A stretch of DNA of 64,000 nucleotides, from NCBI GenBank assembly GCA_963665315.1, contig OY762274.1:3162133-3226132 (forward strand). Reading direction: 5' to 3'. The notes under the pieces were generated by a model that searched no databases, was not told where the DNA came from, and worked only from the letters and a program-made list of their open reading frames with translations. Positions 9,575-18,305 of this stretch are shown here, piece after piece (the first letter of the stretch is position 1; each line of letters begins with the position of its first letter). Source of the DNA: Pseudomonadales bacterium (GTDB taxonomy: Bacteria; Pseudomonadota; Gammaproteobacteria; Pseudomonadales; Pseudohongiellaceae). Both the position numbers and the translations under genes were made by a program.

Positions 9575-10859
9575 AGTTTTCCACGCCATCGGCGGTGACG
9601 CGGACATTGTCCTCGATTCTCACTCCGCCATGGTCGTACAAGGCGTCGACGGCATTCCAGTCGATCAATGCTGCGGCCGGTGACTCGCGCACGGGTTCTA
9701 GCAACAGGGGAATGAAGTAACAACCCGGCTCGACAGTAAACACCATGTCCTCCGCCATGCCGCGTGTGGTGCGCAAGGCGGGAGAATGCTCGGGAGACGG
9801 CGACTGGGCGCCCGCGGCGTCTCGCTGCCGGCCGCCCACGTCGTGAACCTGGACCCCGAGCAGATGTCCGACGCCGTGGGGCATGAACAACTGGGGGATT
9901 TTCTCATCCCGAAGTTGCTCCGAGTCGCCGCGGCAGATCCCGAGCGCAAGCAGCAAATCCGCCAGTTTGCACAGCGCGCTCAGATGCAGATCCACATATT
10001 CCAGTTCCGGCCTGACCTCCCGCACGAGTTCCTGCTGCAATACGTCCATTCCGGCGACCAGGTCCTGGAATAGCGGATTTGCCGTATGTCCGGTCCAGGT
10101 TCGGGTCACATCCGAACAATAGCCGCTGACCCGGCAGCCGGCGTCGATCAGCAGCACTCGCGCCGGATTGGCCAACTGCCGGCGCTTGTGCTGGTAGTGA
10201 AGAATCGCCGACTTCTCGTCGAGCGCGATGATCGGCGTATAAGGCAATTCTTCCTCAATTTGCCGGCAGGCTTCCAGAAAAGCGAGATGGATGTCGAATT
10301 CGCTGCCGCCCGCGAGAAAGCACATGCGGGCGGCCCGGTGGCCGCGAATCGCGAGCCGGTTGGCTGCCCGCATCTGTTCGGTTTCGTACGGGGTCTTGAT
10401 TGCGCGGGCAAAATCGAGCCGGTGGACCAGTGCTTGCGGATTACAATTTTCGGGGCCCACTCCCATGCTCTCCGCGATATCGGGATCCGGCCCCAGGTAC
10501 GCAATGCCCTTGCCGGGCGCCGGTATCTCCCCGACCGCCGCCACCGGCTGCAGTTCCAGGGCTTCACGCCATTGGTCGTCGATGGGAAAGTCCTGCTCGT
10601 ACCAGTAGTCCGCGGGTACGACCTGGTAATAAATGGGCTTGCGCCCGGGCTGGACCAGCAGGAACTGATCGGGCCGGTTGACGGGAAGCCAATGGCCGAA
10701 ATGGCCATAGGCCTGGAAGGGGATCGCGCGGTCATCGGCAAAGTAACAATCCTCGCCGCCGCTGTGCAGGAGCACGCCTTCGAACGCACCGTCAATTGAC
10801 CGCTCGTACAGATCCTGCAAGCAGGAAACATGTTGCGGGTAGCCGTTTGTTTCGTTCAT
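9531..10859 (-). CDS. pepQ: Xaa-Pro dipeptidase (prolidase, M24B)
   Basis: 442 aa, the PepQ length. M24 metal-ligand blocks LIDAGCRVSGYCSDVTRT, HGVGHLLGVQVHD and TVEPGCYF are present. Its 3' end overlaps the waaA 3' end convergently. Confidence 0.9.
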   Translation of the reverse strand: MNETNGYPQHVSCLQDLYERSIDGAFEGVLLHSGGEDCYFADDRAIPFQAYGHFGHWLPVNRPDQFLLVQPGRKPIYYQVVPADYWYEQDFPIDDQWREALELQPVAAVGEIPAPGKGIAYLGPDPDIAESMGVGPENCNPQALVHRLDFARAIKTPYETEQMRAANRLAIRGHRAARMCFLAGGSEFDIHLAFLEACRQIEEELPYTPIIALDEKSAILHYQHKRRQLANPARVLLIDAGCRVSGYCSDVTRTWTGHTANPLFQDLVAGMDVLQQELVREVRPELEYVDLHLSALCKLADLLLALGICRGDSEQLRDEKIPQLFMPHGVGHLLGVQVHDVGGRQRDAAGAQSPSPEHSPALRTTRGMAEDMVFTVEPGCYFIPLLLEPVRESPAAALIDWNAVDALYDHGGVRIEDNVRVTADGVENFTRDAMDPAPAAAA

Positions 10860-11023
10860 TCCCACTCCGGATAGCACAGCCAGCCTGACCGACGTGATTA
10901 TACAGCGTCCGCGGGCGGGGCATGCCTCGCCCGCGCCGCGCCAAATTATTTTTAGTGAAAATTTAGCAGGCTCGCAAACCCTCGCCTACATTAATGCGCA
11001 CTCTCTCAGACCAGGGCGCAATC

Positions 11024-11914
11024 ATGAACCGGCAAGAATCCGAATTTCCCGCGGAACAGGTGGCCGCCGTCTCGGCTTTCCTGCGCGAACCGCGCGGGCG
11101 CACCCGCCGACTGCTCGCGGCAAACCGGAAATGGCTGGCGGAGCTTGAACGCCGGCGCAATAACCGCCTTGCCGGGGCCGATCTGCGGCGGCATGTGGCC
11201 CGCCTGGACTTTCCGCAAGAACAGGGCTTTCGGAAACTGCTCGCGGACGACCCCCGTTCCCGCCTGCTTACGTCCTATCACTTCGGCGACTACATCTATG
11301 GCCTGAACCTGTTGGGGGCTACCGTCACCCCCCACGCGAAGGTCGTGTTCATGTCCCAGGCGCCCGGCAGCGCGGCCTATTTCGCCAACATGAAACTTGC
11401 GTTCGGCGCGAACGCGATGGGACCGGACTCGCAACTGCTTGCGCGGGAGGCGGGCATTGCCGGCCTGGCGCCGCTGCTGCGCCGCCCGGGCGTTCAATTT
11501 ATTACGTTTTGCGATCTGGGCGAACAATTCGGCGGCCGCATACAAGCTGATTTCCTTTTCCGCCAGGCCTGGTTTTCCCGCGGTCCGGCGATGCTGAGCC
11601 TGACCAATCGCATTCCCTTGCTGCCGGTAATCAACTGGTTCGACGGCAAGCGGGAACGGCTCGTACTTGGCGCGCAGATAGAGCCGGAGCGATTCCGCGG
11701 CGAATCGGTGGCCCGGGCGGCCCGGCGCATTACCGCGGAGCTTGTGCGCTTTTTCGAACCGTTCTTCCGCCTCAATCCCGAGCAATGGCGCTATCTCGGC
11801 GCCTTGCCGCTCTATTTCATCCAGGCCGGCGCCGCCGGTGAAATTCAATCAAAGGAGACGACTCATGCAGGTACGCGACAAGACCTTGCAACTGCTCACC
11901 CATTACACGGATAA
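11024..11914 (+). CDS. LpxL/LpxM-family (lipid A biosynthesis-type, PF03279-like) acyltransferase
   Basis: About 297-306 aa, the LpxL size. It has the LLTSYHFGDY block where LpxL has HFGNWE, a later ITFCDLGEQFGG...ADFLFRQAWFSRGPAMLSL...IPLLPV block where LpxL has DQD...V.FFG..A.T..G.A.LA....PV, and a closing PEQWRY. The start is ambiguous between ATG 10994 and ATG 11024. Confidence 0.7.
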   Translation: MNRQESEFPAEQVAAVSAFLREPRGRTRRLLAANRKWLAELERRRNNRLAGADLRRHVARLDFPQEQGFRKLLADDPRSRLLTSYHFGDYIYGLNLLGATVTPHAKVVFMSQAPGSAAYFANMKLAFGANAMGPDSQLLAREAGIAGLAPLLRRPGVQFITFCDLGEQFGGRIQADFLFRQAWFSRGPAMLSLTNRIPLLPVINWFDGKRERLVLGAQIEPERFRGESVARAARRITAELVRFFEPFFRLNPEQWRYLGALPLYFIQAGAAGEIQSKETTHAGTRQDLATAHPLHG

Positions 11915-12107
11915 GGCCGACCGGAAGGCCATCGACATGGACAGCCCGATCGCGGAACTCGAACTCGATTCGCTGGCGATGTTCGAGATCGTATTCGAAC
12001 TCGAGGAATGCTTCGAGGTGGAACTCGACGAAGTGGAACTGGCCGAACTGAAGACCGTGCGTGATCTGGTGGACAGGATCGGGGAAAAGCTCGCCGGTAC
12101 AGACTGA
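11865..12107 (+). CDS. Acyl carrier protein (stand-alone, phosphopantetheine-binding)
   Basis: 80 aa, acidic, with the serine attachment motif ELELDSLAMFEIVFELEE (DSL). An AAGGAG Shine-Dalgarno lies at 11852-11857, 7 nt before the ATG. The gene overlaps the acyltransferase 3' end by about 50 nt. Confidence 0.85.
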   Translation: MQVRDKTLQLLTHYTDKADRKAIDMDSPIAELELDSLAMFEIVFELEECFEVELDEVELAELKTVRDLVDRIGEKLAGTD

Positions 12108-12133
12108 ACGAGAGCCATTCAAGAGATTGCGCC

Positions 12134-13384
12134 ATGGAAAGAAAGCATTTGATCCGGCCGGAAGTACTTCAGCGGAAGTACCGGGCCGCGGAGTCCCGCC
12201 CGCTGGCCGGGGGGAAGAACCTTTTACGCAACGCGGTCCTTGTTCTTGTTGCGATCACCGTAAGCGCCGGCCTGCTGCTGACCATGACTTCCTACAAGGT
12301 TACTGAACAGGCGCCGGGACTGCTCGTCCCCCTCGAAGGCCTGCAAAAACTCTCCATAGGGGGCTCGGGCCGCATGGAAGAAGTGCTGGTCGCGGAAGGC
12401 GAATCCGTTCGGCCCGGCCAGGCGCTGGCGAAAGTTTCCCTGGCTTCGGTCAGCCAGTTTTCGGAGGCCCATGACTTGCAAATCGAGGCCATGCGCAAGC
12501 GACGCGAATCACTGCTTGCGAATTTGCCGCTGCACGAAAAGGAACATGAACTCGCCATACGCCGGAACGGCGATCTGCTGGCTCACTCCGGCGATTCCCT
12601 GCAAACCACGAGGCGGAAACGAGCCCTGTTGCGCGAGCGCATCCGGGTCAGCGAGCGGCATCTGCTGCAGATCGAATCATTGTTCGAAGCGGCCGCGATC
12701 ACCACTTTCCAGTTCGACGAAGCGTATGCCGCGCATCTGCAACTCGAGCAGGAAGCCGCCGAAACCGAACGCCAGGAATCGGAACAGGAAATACGGCTCA
12801 AGGGTCTCGAAGCCGATATGCGGCAGCAGGAACTGACGAAGTCCCGGCTCGACCTTGCCCTGGGCGAAGAAATCGACCAGCTTTCCTCGGAAATCCGGCA
12901 ACTCGAAACCCGGCAGTCGGTGGAGCTGCGCGCCGACAGGGCCGGCCTGGTCGCCACTGTCGCCGTCCGCCCCGGCGACAGTTTTCGTGCCGGACAGCCG
13001 CTGATCTTTCTCGGCCCGGAACATTCCACGCTCACCGCGGAGCTTTACGTCCCTTCCCGGGTGATCGGGAAAGTTACCGCGAACCAGCAGGTACTGCTCA
13101 GTTACGAATCTTTCGACTACCGGGAATACGGCCGTTACCGGGCGACCATCGACAGCGTCGCCGGCGCCCGCCTCGACCCGCGGGAACAATTGCTGCCGCT
13201 CAGCCTGCTGAACGAGCCGGTTTACCGGGTGCGGGCCTCGCTTGAGCGGCAAACCGTCAGCGGCCCGGAAGAACACGGGCTGCTCGCGGGCATGCAGTTT
13301 CAGGCCAATATCGTGACCGATGAGGCGCCCCTGATCGGACTTGTCTTCAAACCCCTGCGATCCCTGCGAGGCCTGATATGGTGA
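12134..13384 (+). CDS. HlyD-family membrane fusion / bacteriocin secretion accessory protein (CvaA-like)
   Basis: 416 aa with an N-terminal LIRPEVLQRK motif, a single TM helix, a lipoyl-like hairpin, a long coiled-coil (residues about 110-260) and a beta-barrel C-terminus. Confidence 0.88.
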   Translation: MERKHLIRPEVLQRKYRAAESRPLAGGKNLLRNAVLVLVAITVSAGLLLTMTSYKVTEQAPGLLVPLEGLQKLSIGGSGRMEEVLVAEGESVRPGQALAKVSLASVSQFSEAHDLQIEAMRKRRESLLANLPLHEKEHELAIRRNGDLLAHSGDSLQTTRRKRALLRERIRVSERHLLQIESLFEAAAITTFQFDEAYAAHLQLEQEAAETERQESEQEIRLKGLEADMRQQELTKSRLDLALGEEIDQLSSEIRQLETRQSVELRADRAGLVATVAVRPGDSFRAGQPLIFLGPEHSTLTAELYVPSRVIGKVTANQQVLLSYESFDYREYGRYRATIDSVAGARLDPREQLLPLSLLNEPVYRVRASLERQTVSGPEEHGLLAGMQFQANIVTDEAPLIGLVFKPLRSLRGLIW

Positions 13385-15465
13385 ATGGACTGTTCGCCCG
13401 GCGCGGCGGATTGCCGATGATTTTCCAGGCCGAAGCCAATGAATGCGGCCTGGCCTGCCTGGCGATGATCGTCAGTTATTTCGGCCGCGATACCGATATC
13501 CGCTCGATCCGCGAAAGCAGCAATCTGCCTGCTTTCGGTTCTTCCCTGAAACATCTGACGAGGGCGGCGGCAGCGGCAGGGCTGAAAGCTCGCTCGCTGA
13601 AACTGGAAATCGGGGACATCAAGCGGCTGAGCACTCCGGCGATCCTGCATTGGGATCTCGACCATTTCGTCGTCCTGAAGAAATGCGGCAGCGGCGGCGT
13701 AGTCGTCCACGACCCGGCGGTGGGCGTAAGAAAATATCCGTTCGATGAACTCGACGGCCATTTCACCGGCATCGCCGTTGAATTCAGTCCGGCCGGCGGC
13801 GTCGGCGGCGATGCGCCCGCGCGCCGCCTGCGCCTGCGCGATCTGATGCGTTTCTCCAGGGGAACCGCGCGCGGCATGACGCTGATCCTGTTGCTGTCGG
13901 CGCTCGTGCAGGTCTGCTCCCTGCTCAGCCCCTTGTACCTGCAACTCGTGATCGATCAGGGTCTGGCGCGCGGCGACATGGATCTGGTGCTCGCCGTAGC
14001 GCTGCTTTTCGGATTGTTAATGCTGGCGAGAATCGCGCTAGGCCATGTGCGGTCGCTGGTGACGATGCAATTCTCGATCCGCCTCGGCTTCGAGATGGTG
14101 TCGGGACTGTTCGAGCATCTCCTGAACCTCCCCCTGCGGTTTTTCGAAAGGCGGGAGATGGGCGATCTGGTTTCGCGTTTCTCTTCCGTGGAGAAGATCA
14201 GCGCGCTGATTTCCCAGGACATGATTACCGTGCTCGTCGACGGCCTGCTGTCCATTCTTTCGCTGATCCTGCTTTACGTCTATTCACCGCTGCTGGCGAC
14301 GATCTGCCTGACTTTCGTCATCGTAGCGATGCTGCTCAAGCTCTGTTCGCTGCCGGGCGAGAAGCTGCGCCGCCAGGAAAGCATCGTGCGCGCGGCCAAA
14401 AGCGAGAGCCGGCTGATGGAGAACATTCGCTGGGCTTCGGTAATCAAGAACTACGCCATCGAAGAACAGCGCAGCGCCGACTGGCAGAACCATTACGTCA
14501 ATTCCGCCAACGCCGGTTACCAGCTCGGTACTTTTCAACTCTGGTTCGGTTCAGGCCAGGGCCTGCTGTTCGGCGTCGAGCAGATCCTGATCATCTTCAT
14601 CGGCGCAAGCCTCATTGCCGGCGGCAGCCTGACCATCGGGCAATTGATGGGCTTCATCTTCCTGAAACAGCATTTCTCGTCTTCGGTACTCGCCATGTTT
14701 CCGAAACTGGCGGAACTGCGCCTCATGCAGCTCGACCTCGAACGCATCGCCGACATCGCCCTCGAGGAAGCCGAGGAAAGCGGCGCCTTGGCCCGCTCGC
14801 TCAGCCGCGCTTTCAGCGGCAAGGTTCGCGGCGAAGGGCTCTGCTTTCGGTATTCGAACGACGAGCGGCCGATTTTCGAAGCATTGGATTTTTCGGTCGA
14901 GCCGGGGGAAACGCTGGTCGTCACCGGCCCGTCCGGCTGTGGCAAATCCACCTTGCTGAAACTGCTCGCAGGACTGGAGAAACCGGCTGCCGGCGCCTTG
15001 TACTACGACGGCATTCCCCTTTCCGCTCTTGGGCTTTCGGCCCTGCGCTCGGCTACCGCGGCGGTGCTGCACAGCGACGGCCTGCTCGCGGGCGACATCG
15101 CCTTCAACATCAATCTCGAAGACGAGCCCCACAACCACGAACGGCTCGAAGACGCCTGCCGCAGGGCATGCATTCTCGACGAGATTCTGGCCCTGCCGCT
15201 CGGATTCAATACCCGCGTCGGCGAACTCGGCAACAGCCTGTCGGCTGGGCAAGTGCAACGGGTCCTGCTTGCCCGGGCGTTGTACAAGCGGCCCAGGCTG
15301 ATTCTGCTCGACGAGAGCCTCGCCTGTCTGAGCGATGCCGTCGCGCAAGAGATTCTCAGGAATATCGGCGAGTTGCGAATCGCCATCGTTCTCGTCACCC
15401 ACAATCCGGCGCTGGCGCGGCTGGGAACGCGGCAGATCAGCCTGCCTGCCGCGCAGGCGGCATGA
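13378..15465 (+). CDS. Peptidase-C39-containing ABC transporter (PCAT; bacteriocin/peptide exporter)
   Basis: 695 aa. The N-terminal C39 domain has an intact catalytic triad context (QAEANECGLACLAMIVSYFG, AILHWDLDHFVVL, VVHDPA). It also has 6 TM helices, Walker A GPSGCGKST, signature LSAGQ and Walker B LILLDE. The ATG overlaps the HlyD stop by 7 nt. Confidence 0.92.
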   Translation: MVNGLFARRGGLPMIFQAEANECGLACLAMIVSYFGRDTDIRSIRESSNLPAFGSSLKHLTRAAAAAGLKARSLKLEIGDIKRLSTPAILHWDLDHFVVLKKCGSGGVVVHDPAVGVRKYPFDELDGHFTGIAVEFSPAGGVGGDAPARRLRLRDLMRFSRGTARGMTLILLLSALVQVCSLLSPLYLQLVIDQGLARGDMDLVLAVALLFGLLMLARIALGHVRSLVTMQFSIRLGFEMVSGLFEHLLNLPLRFFERREMGDLVSRFSSVEKISALISQDMITVLVDGLLSILSLILLYVYSPLLATICLTFVIVAMLLKLCSLPGEKLRRQESIVRAAKSESRLMENIRWASVIKNYAIEEQRSADWQNHYVNSANAGYQLGTFQLWFGSGQGLLFGVEQILIIFIGASLIAGGSLTIGQLMGFIFLKQHFSSSVLAMFPKLAELRLMQLDLERIADIALEEAEESGALARSLSRAFSGKVRGEGLCFRYSNDERPIFEALDFSVEPGETLVVTGPSGCGKSTLLKLLAGLEKPAAGALYYDGIPLSALGLSALRSATAAVLHSDGLLAGDIAFNINLEDEPHNHERLEDACRRACILDEILALPLGFNTRVGELGNSLSAGQVQRVLLARALYKRPRLILLDESLACLSDAVAQEILRNIGELRIAIVLVTHNPALARLGTRQISLPAAQAA

Positions 15466-15501
15466 CGCAAGGAGATTTCCGATTCACGGAGGAACGAGCC
15501 C

Positions 15502-16101
15502 ATGACAGAAGCAAGCAATCCCGCCGCGCGCACCTGGTTTCTGGTAAATCGCGCAAAGATCCAGGGCACGGCCTTCTTTGACGAGGCCTGTCACGACTAT
15601 TTCCAGTTGCGGCTACTCAACTGCCTCAAGGTCTACCATGTGCAACTGCACGCCTATGCGCTGCTGCCGAACGAGGCATGGCTGCTGCTCACGCCGGGCA
15701 TGCCGAAGAGCATGTTCTCCCTGCTCGACTTCGTCAACGGCTGCTATTCGGAGTATTTCAACGAGCGCTTCGAACGTAACATCGCGGTCTTTCAGAACCG
15801 CCCTTTCCTGGCGATCATGGACAGTGCGCAACTCTTCCTCGATTGCCAGAAGATGATCGAACGCTGGCCATTCGCCAGCGGCGCCGTCGATCACCCCGGC
15901 CTGTACCGCTGGTCCAGCTACGCGGTCAACGCTTTCGGCGGCCGCCCCCGTTTCCTCACGCGCCACCGCTGGTTCGAACAATACATCGCCGCCGCCGAAA
16001 GCCCCATGGAGCGCTATCGCGAGTTCATCGCCCAACCTTTCGAACCCGCCCACCTCGCCGAACTCGAAAAGCGCCTCCTGCCCCCGGGGAATTTACCGTG
16101 A
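15502..16101 (+). CDS. IS200/Y1-transposase-like (RayT/COG1943-like) protein with a degenerate HUH motif
   Basis: 199 aa. HAYALLPNEAWLLLTP aligns with the family block HAYVLM(P/T)NHVHLLLTP, but both HUH histidines are replaced (E and W). The C-terminal YRWSSY tyrosine block is retained. Confidence 0.6.
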   Translation: MTEASNPAARTWFLVNRAKIQGTAFFDEACHDYFQLRLLNCLKVYHVQLHAYALLPNEAWLLLTPGMPKSMFSLLDFVNGCYSEYFNERFERNIAVFQNRPFLAIMDSAQLFLDCQKMIERWPFASGAVDHPGLYRWSSYAVNAFGGRPRFLTRHRWFEQYIAAAESPMERYREFIAQPFEPAHLAELEKRLLPPGNLP

Positions 16102-16527
16102 TTTCTTGCCTTACCGTGGTTCCGGAGCTATGTTGATTCCCCAATCGAATGGAGTTCACGAGCATGGCGACCATCGAACGGCGCAAACGTTACGGAAATT
16201 CAAGCAGCCCTGCTCAGCAAGGTCCGGGGGAGAACGAGCGTTCGCCCGAAAAAGCCGCTGGGACCGGGAAAGGGTCCGAGAGTCAGGAAGCGGATTCCGA
16301 CAACATCGTGGAAATATTCCGGAAATACTTCGGACCGTCCAACGGAGTGGACCTTGAACTACCGCCGCGCGAACCCATGCGGGACCCGCCGACCTTCGAC
16401 TGAGTTGGGAACGTCCGTATTGGTGGATCCAAGTAATTCGCCTCTAAAACACGTTTCCGAACATCAGCAGATTCGATGTAGCTACCGAGGGGAAAGTTTA
16501 CGCAGCTCCTACCTATCGAACTTTCAA

Positions 16528-16607
16528 ATCCAAAATATCTTGTTGGATGAAGAACTCACTGATATGCTTTATAGAGCAATTTATCCGATATAAAAGAATT
16601 TATAAAG
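16528..16607. promoter_or_regulatory. AT-rich promoter/operator region upstream of hipB with several short palindromes
   Basis: ATCCAA-N9-TTGGAT inverted repeat at 16528-16548. CTTTATA (16567-16573) pairs with TATAAAG (16601-16607). TATAAA (16589-16594) pairs with TTTATA (16599-16604). The region lies immediately 5' of the hipB ATG and GC drops sharply here. Confidence 0.35.
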
Positions 16608-16610
16608 CAG

Positions 16611-16952
16611 ATGTCAAAGAAGAATACGCTAATTCAGGCTCCGCCCTATGCGGTCGAACAGGCAATCGAGCGCTTGGGCGCGAACCTCCGTACGGCCCGG
16701 TTACGCCGTAACCTGACGATCAAGGATGTGGCCGACAAAATCGGAACCGGCCCTCGCGTCGTATCCGATGCCGAGCAGGGAAAGATCACAACTGGAATTG
16801 CGGCGTATACCGCTCTTCTTTGGACCTACGATCTGCTCGGCCCGATGGAACAACTCGCGGACCCGACCGCGGATGAGACCGGACTTGCCATGTCCATGCG
16901 CCGTAAGCGCGCGCGCGCCGAAAAGCCAGAGGAACTCGACAATGAATTCTAG
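16611..16952 (+). CDS. hipB: XRE-family HTH antitoxin HipB
   Basis: 113 aa. The HTH block LRTARLRRNLTIKDVADKIGTGPRVVSDAEQG is present. Its stop overlaps the hipA ATG by 11 nt. Confidence 0.85.
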   Translation: MSKKNTLIQAPPYAVEQAIERLGANLRTARLRRNLTIKDVADKIGTGPRVVSDAEQGKITTGIAAYTALLWTYDLLGPMEQLADPTADETGLAMSMRRKRARAEKPEELDNEF

Positions 16953-18210
16953 AGACTGCTTTGTTTACATCGTCCTGCCCGGAGGAACCAAATTCGTCAC
17001 GGCAGGACGATACCGTCGCACGATAGACCGCCATGGCATCGTCACGGGCCGCTTTATATACGGCAAGAGCTATCTTGCCCGCGACAACGCCGTGCCGATC
17101 GACCCGATCGAGCTCAAGCTCGGCACAAAAACCCATGAGACGAATCTGCTCAAGGGAATGTTTGGTTCTCTTCGCGATGCGAGCCCCGATCATTGGGGCC
17201 GACGTGTCATTGAACGGCATTTGGGATCGCCGGATCCCGATGAGATGGACTACCTGCTGCGTTCGCCAGACGACCGCGCCGGCGCTCTGGGTTTCGGCCT
17301 GAACAAAGAACCCCCGGATCCCAGAACGGAGTTCAATCGCAAACTCGATCTCGGCAAGCTGCAAGAGTTCGCGGATGCCGTCATCCAGGATGAAGAATTG
17401 CCGAAAGGCGCCGATGCCGAGCAAGCACAGGAACTCATGCTTGCGGGGACCTCGATGGGTGGCGCCCGCCCCAAGGCGGTCGTCGAAGACGATGGCGCAC
17501 TATGGATCGCAAAGTTCAACCGACCTGACGACAAGTGGAACCATGCGAAAGTCGAGCGGGCGATGCTGGAGCTGGCGCATGCCTGCGGCATTCACAGAAC
17601 AGAAAGCAAACTGACTATGATCGGCGACCGTGACGCCCTGCTGGTAAAACGGTTCGACCGGGTGGGAACAAACAAAGGCTACCGGCGCGCGCGCATGCTG
17701 AGCGCGCTCACGCTCCTGCGCGCGGAAGATAGCCACCAGGATCGCAGCAAGTGGTCCTATGTGCTTTTAGCCGAAGAGTTGCGTCGCATTTCGGCCGATC
17801 CTGAAGCGGACGCGGCAGAGCTGTTCAGGCGAATGTGCTTCAATGCACTGATCACAAATAACGACGACCACCCGCGCAATCATGCCGTGCTTGCGATCGA
17901 AAACCACTGGAGGCTATCACCGGCCTATGATCTGGTCCCGGCTATGCCGATAAGTGTCGAACGCCGAGACCTGGCATTGGAATGCGGCGACATGGGTCGC
18001 TACGCGCATGCGGAAAACTTGCTTTCGCAGTCAGTACGCTTTTTGCTGAAAGCCGACGACGCCCGTGCCATCGTGGACAATATAGAGTGTATCGTGCGGG
18101 AACGCTGGTATGAATTCTGCCGCCGTGAAGGCGTCAGCGACAAAGACTGCGAAACGATCCGGCCGGCTTTCGGCTACGACGGTTTTCGACTGGACCTGGC
18201 CGCAGCGTGA
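16942..18210 (+). CDS. hipA: Type II toxin HipA serine/threonine kinase
   Basis: 422 aa. N-terminal couple_hipA block (RDASPDHWGRRVIE), GTSMGGARPKA P-loop-like block, catalytic NNDDHPRNHA and PAYDLVP. ATG at 16942 was chosen rather than the upstream out-of-context track start. Confidence 0.9.
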   Translation: MNSRDCFVYIVLPGGTKFVTAGRYRRTIDRHGIVTGRFIYGKSYLARDNAVPIDPIELKLGTKTHETNLLKGMFGSLRDASPDHWGRRVIERHLGSPDPDEMDYLLRSPDDRAGALGFGLNKEPPDPRTEFNRKLDLGKLQEFADAVIQDEELPKGADAEQAQELMLAGTSMGGARPKAVVEDDGALWIAKFNRPDDKWNHAKVERAMLELAHACGIHRTESKLTMIGDRDALLVKRFDRVGTNKGYRRARMLSALTLLRAEDSHQDRSKWSYVLLAEELRRISADPEADAAELFRRMCFNALITNNDDHPRNHAVLAIENHWRLSPAYDLVPAMPISVERRDLALECGDMGRYAHAENLLSQSVRFLLKADDARAIVDNIECIVRERWYEFCRREGVSDKDCETIRPAFGYDGFRLDLAAA

Positions 18211-18305
18211 CTTTTTCAGGCCGTACGAACCGAACATGCCAAACGAAATTGACACCATGCGGCAAACTGAATAGCCTGCCCGAAAAGCGAAGGGAGAGTT
18301 TCGGA

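Noticed and set aside
16149-16403. 84-aa ORF with a C-terminus (VDLELPPREPMRDPPTF) faintly reminiscent of VapB/AbrB-type antitoxin tails
   Set aside because: The N-terminal part is low-complexity and lacks an AbrB or RHH fold signature, and no toxin partner follows. Too weak to call as a gene.
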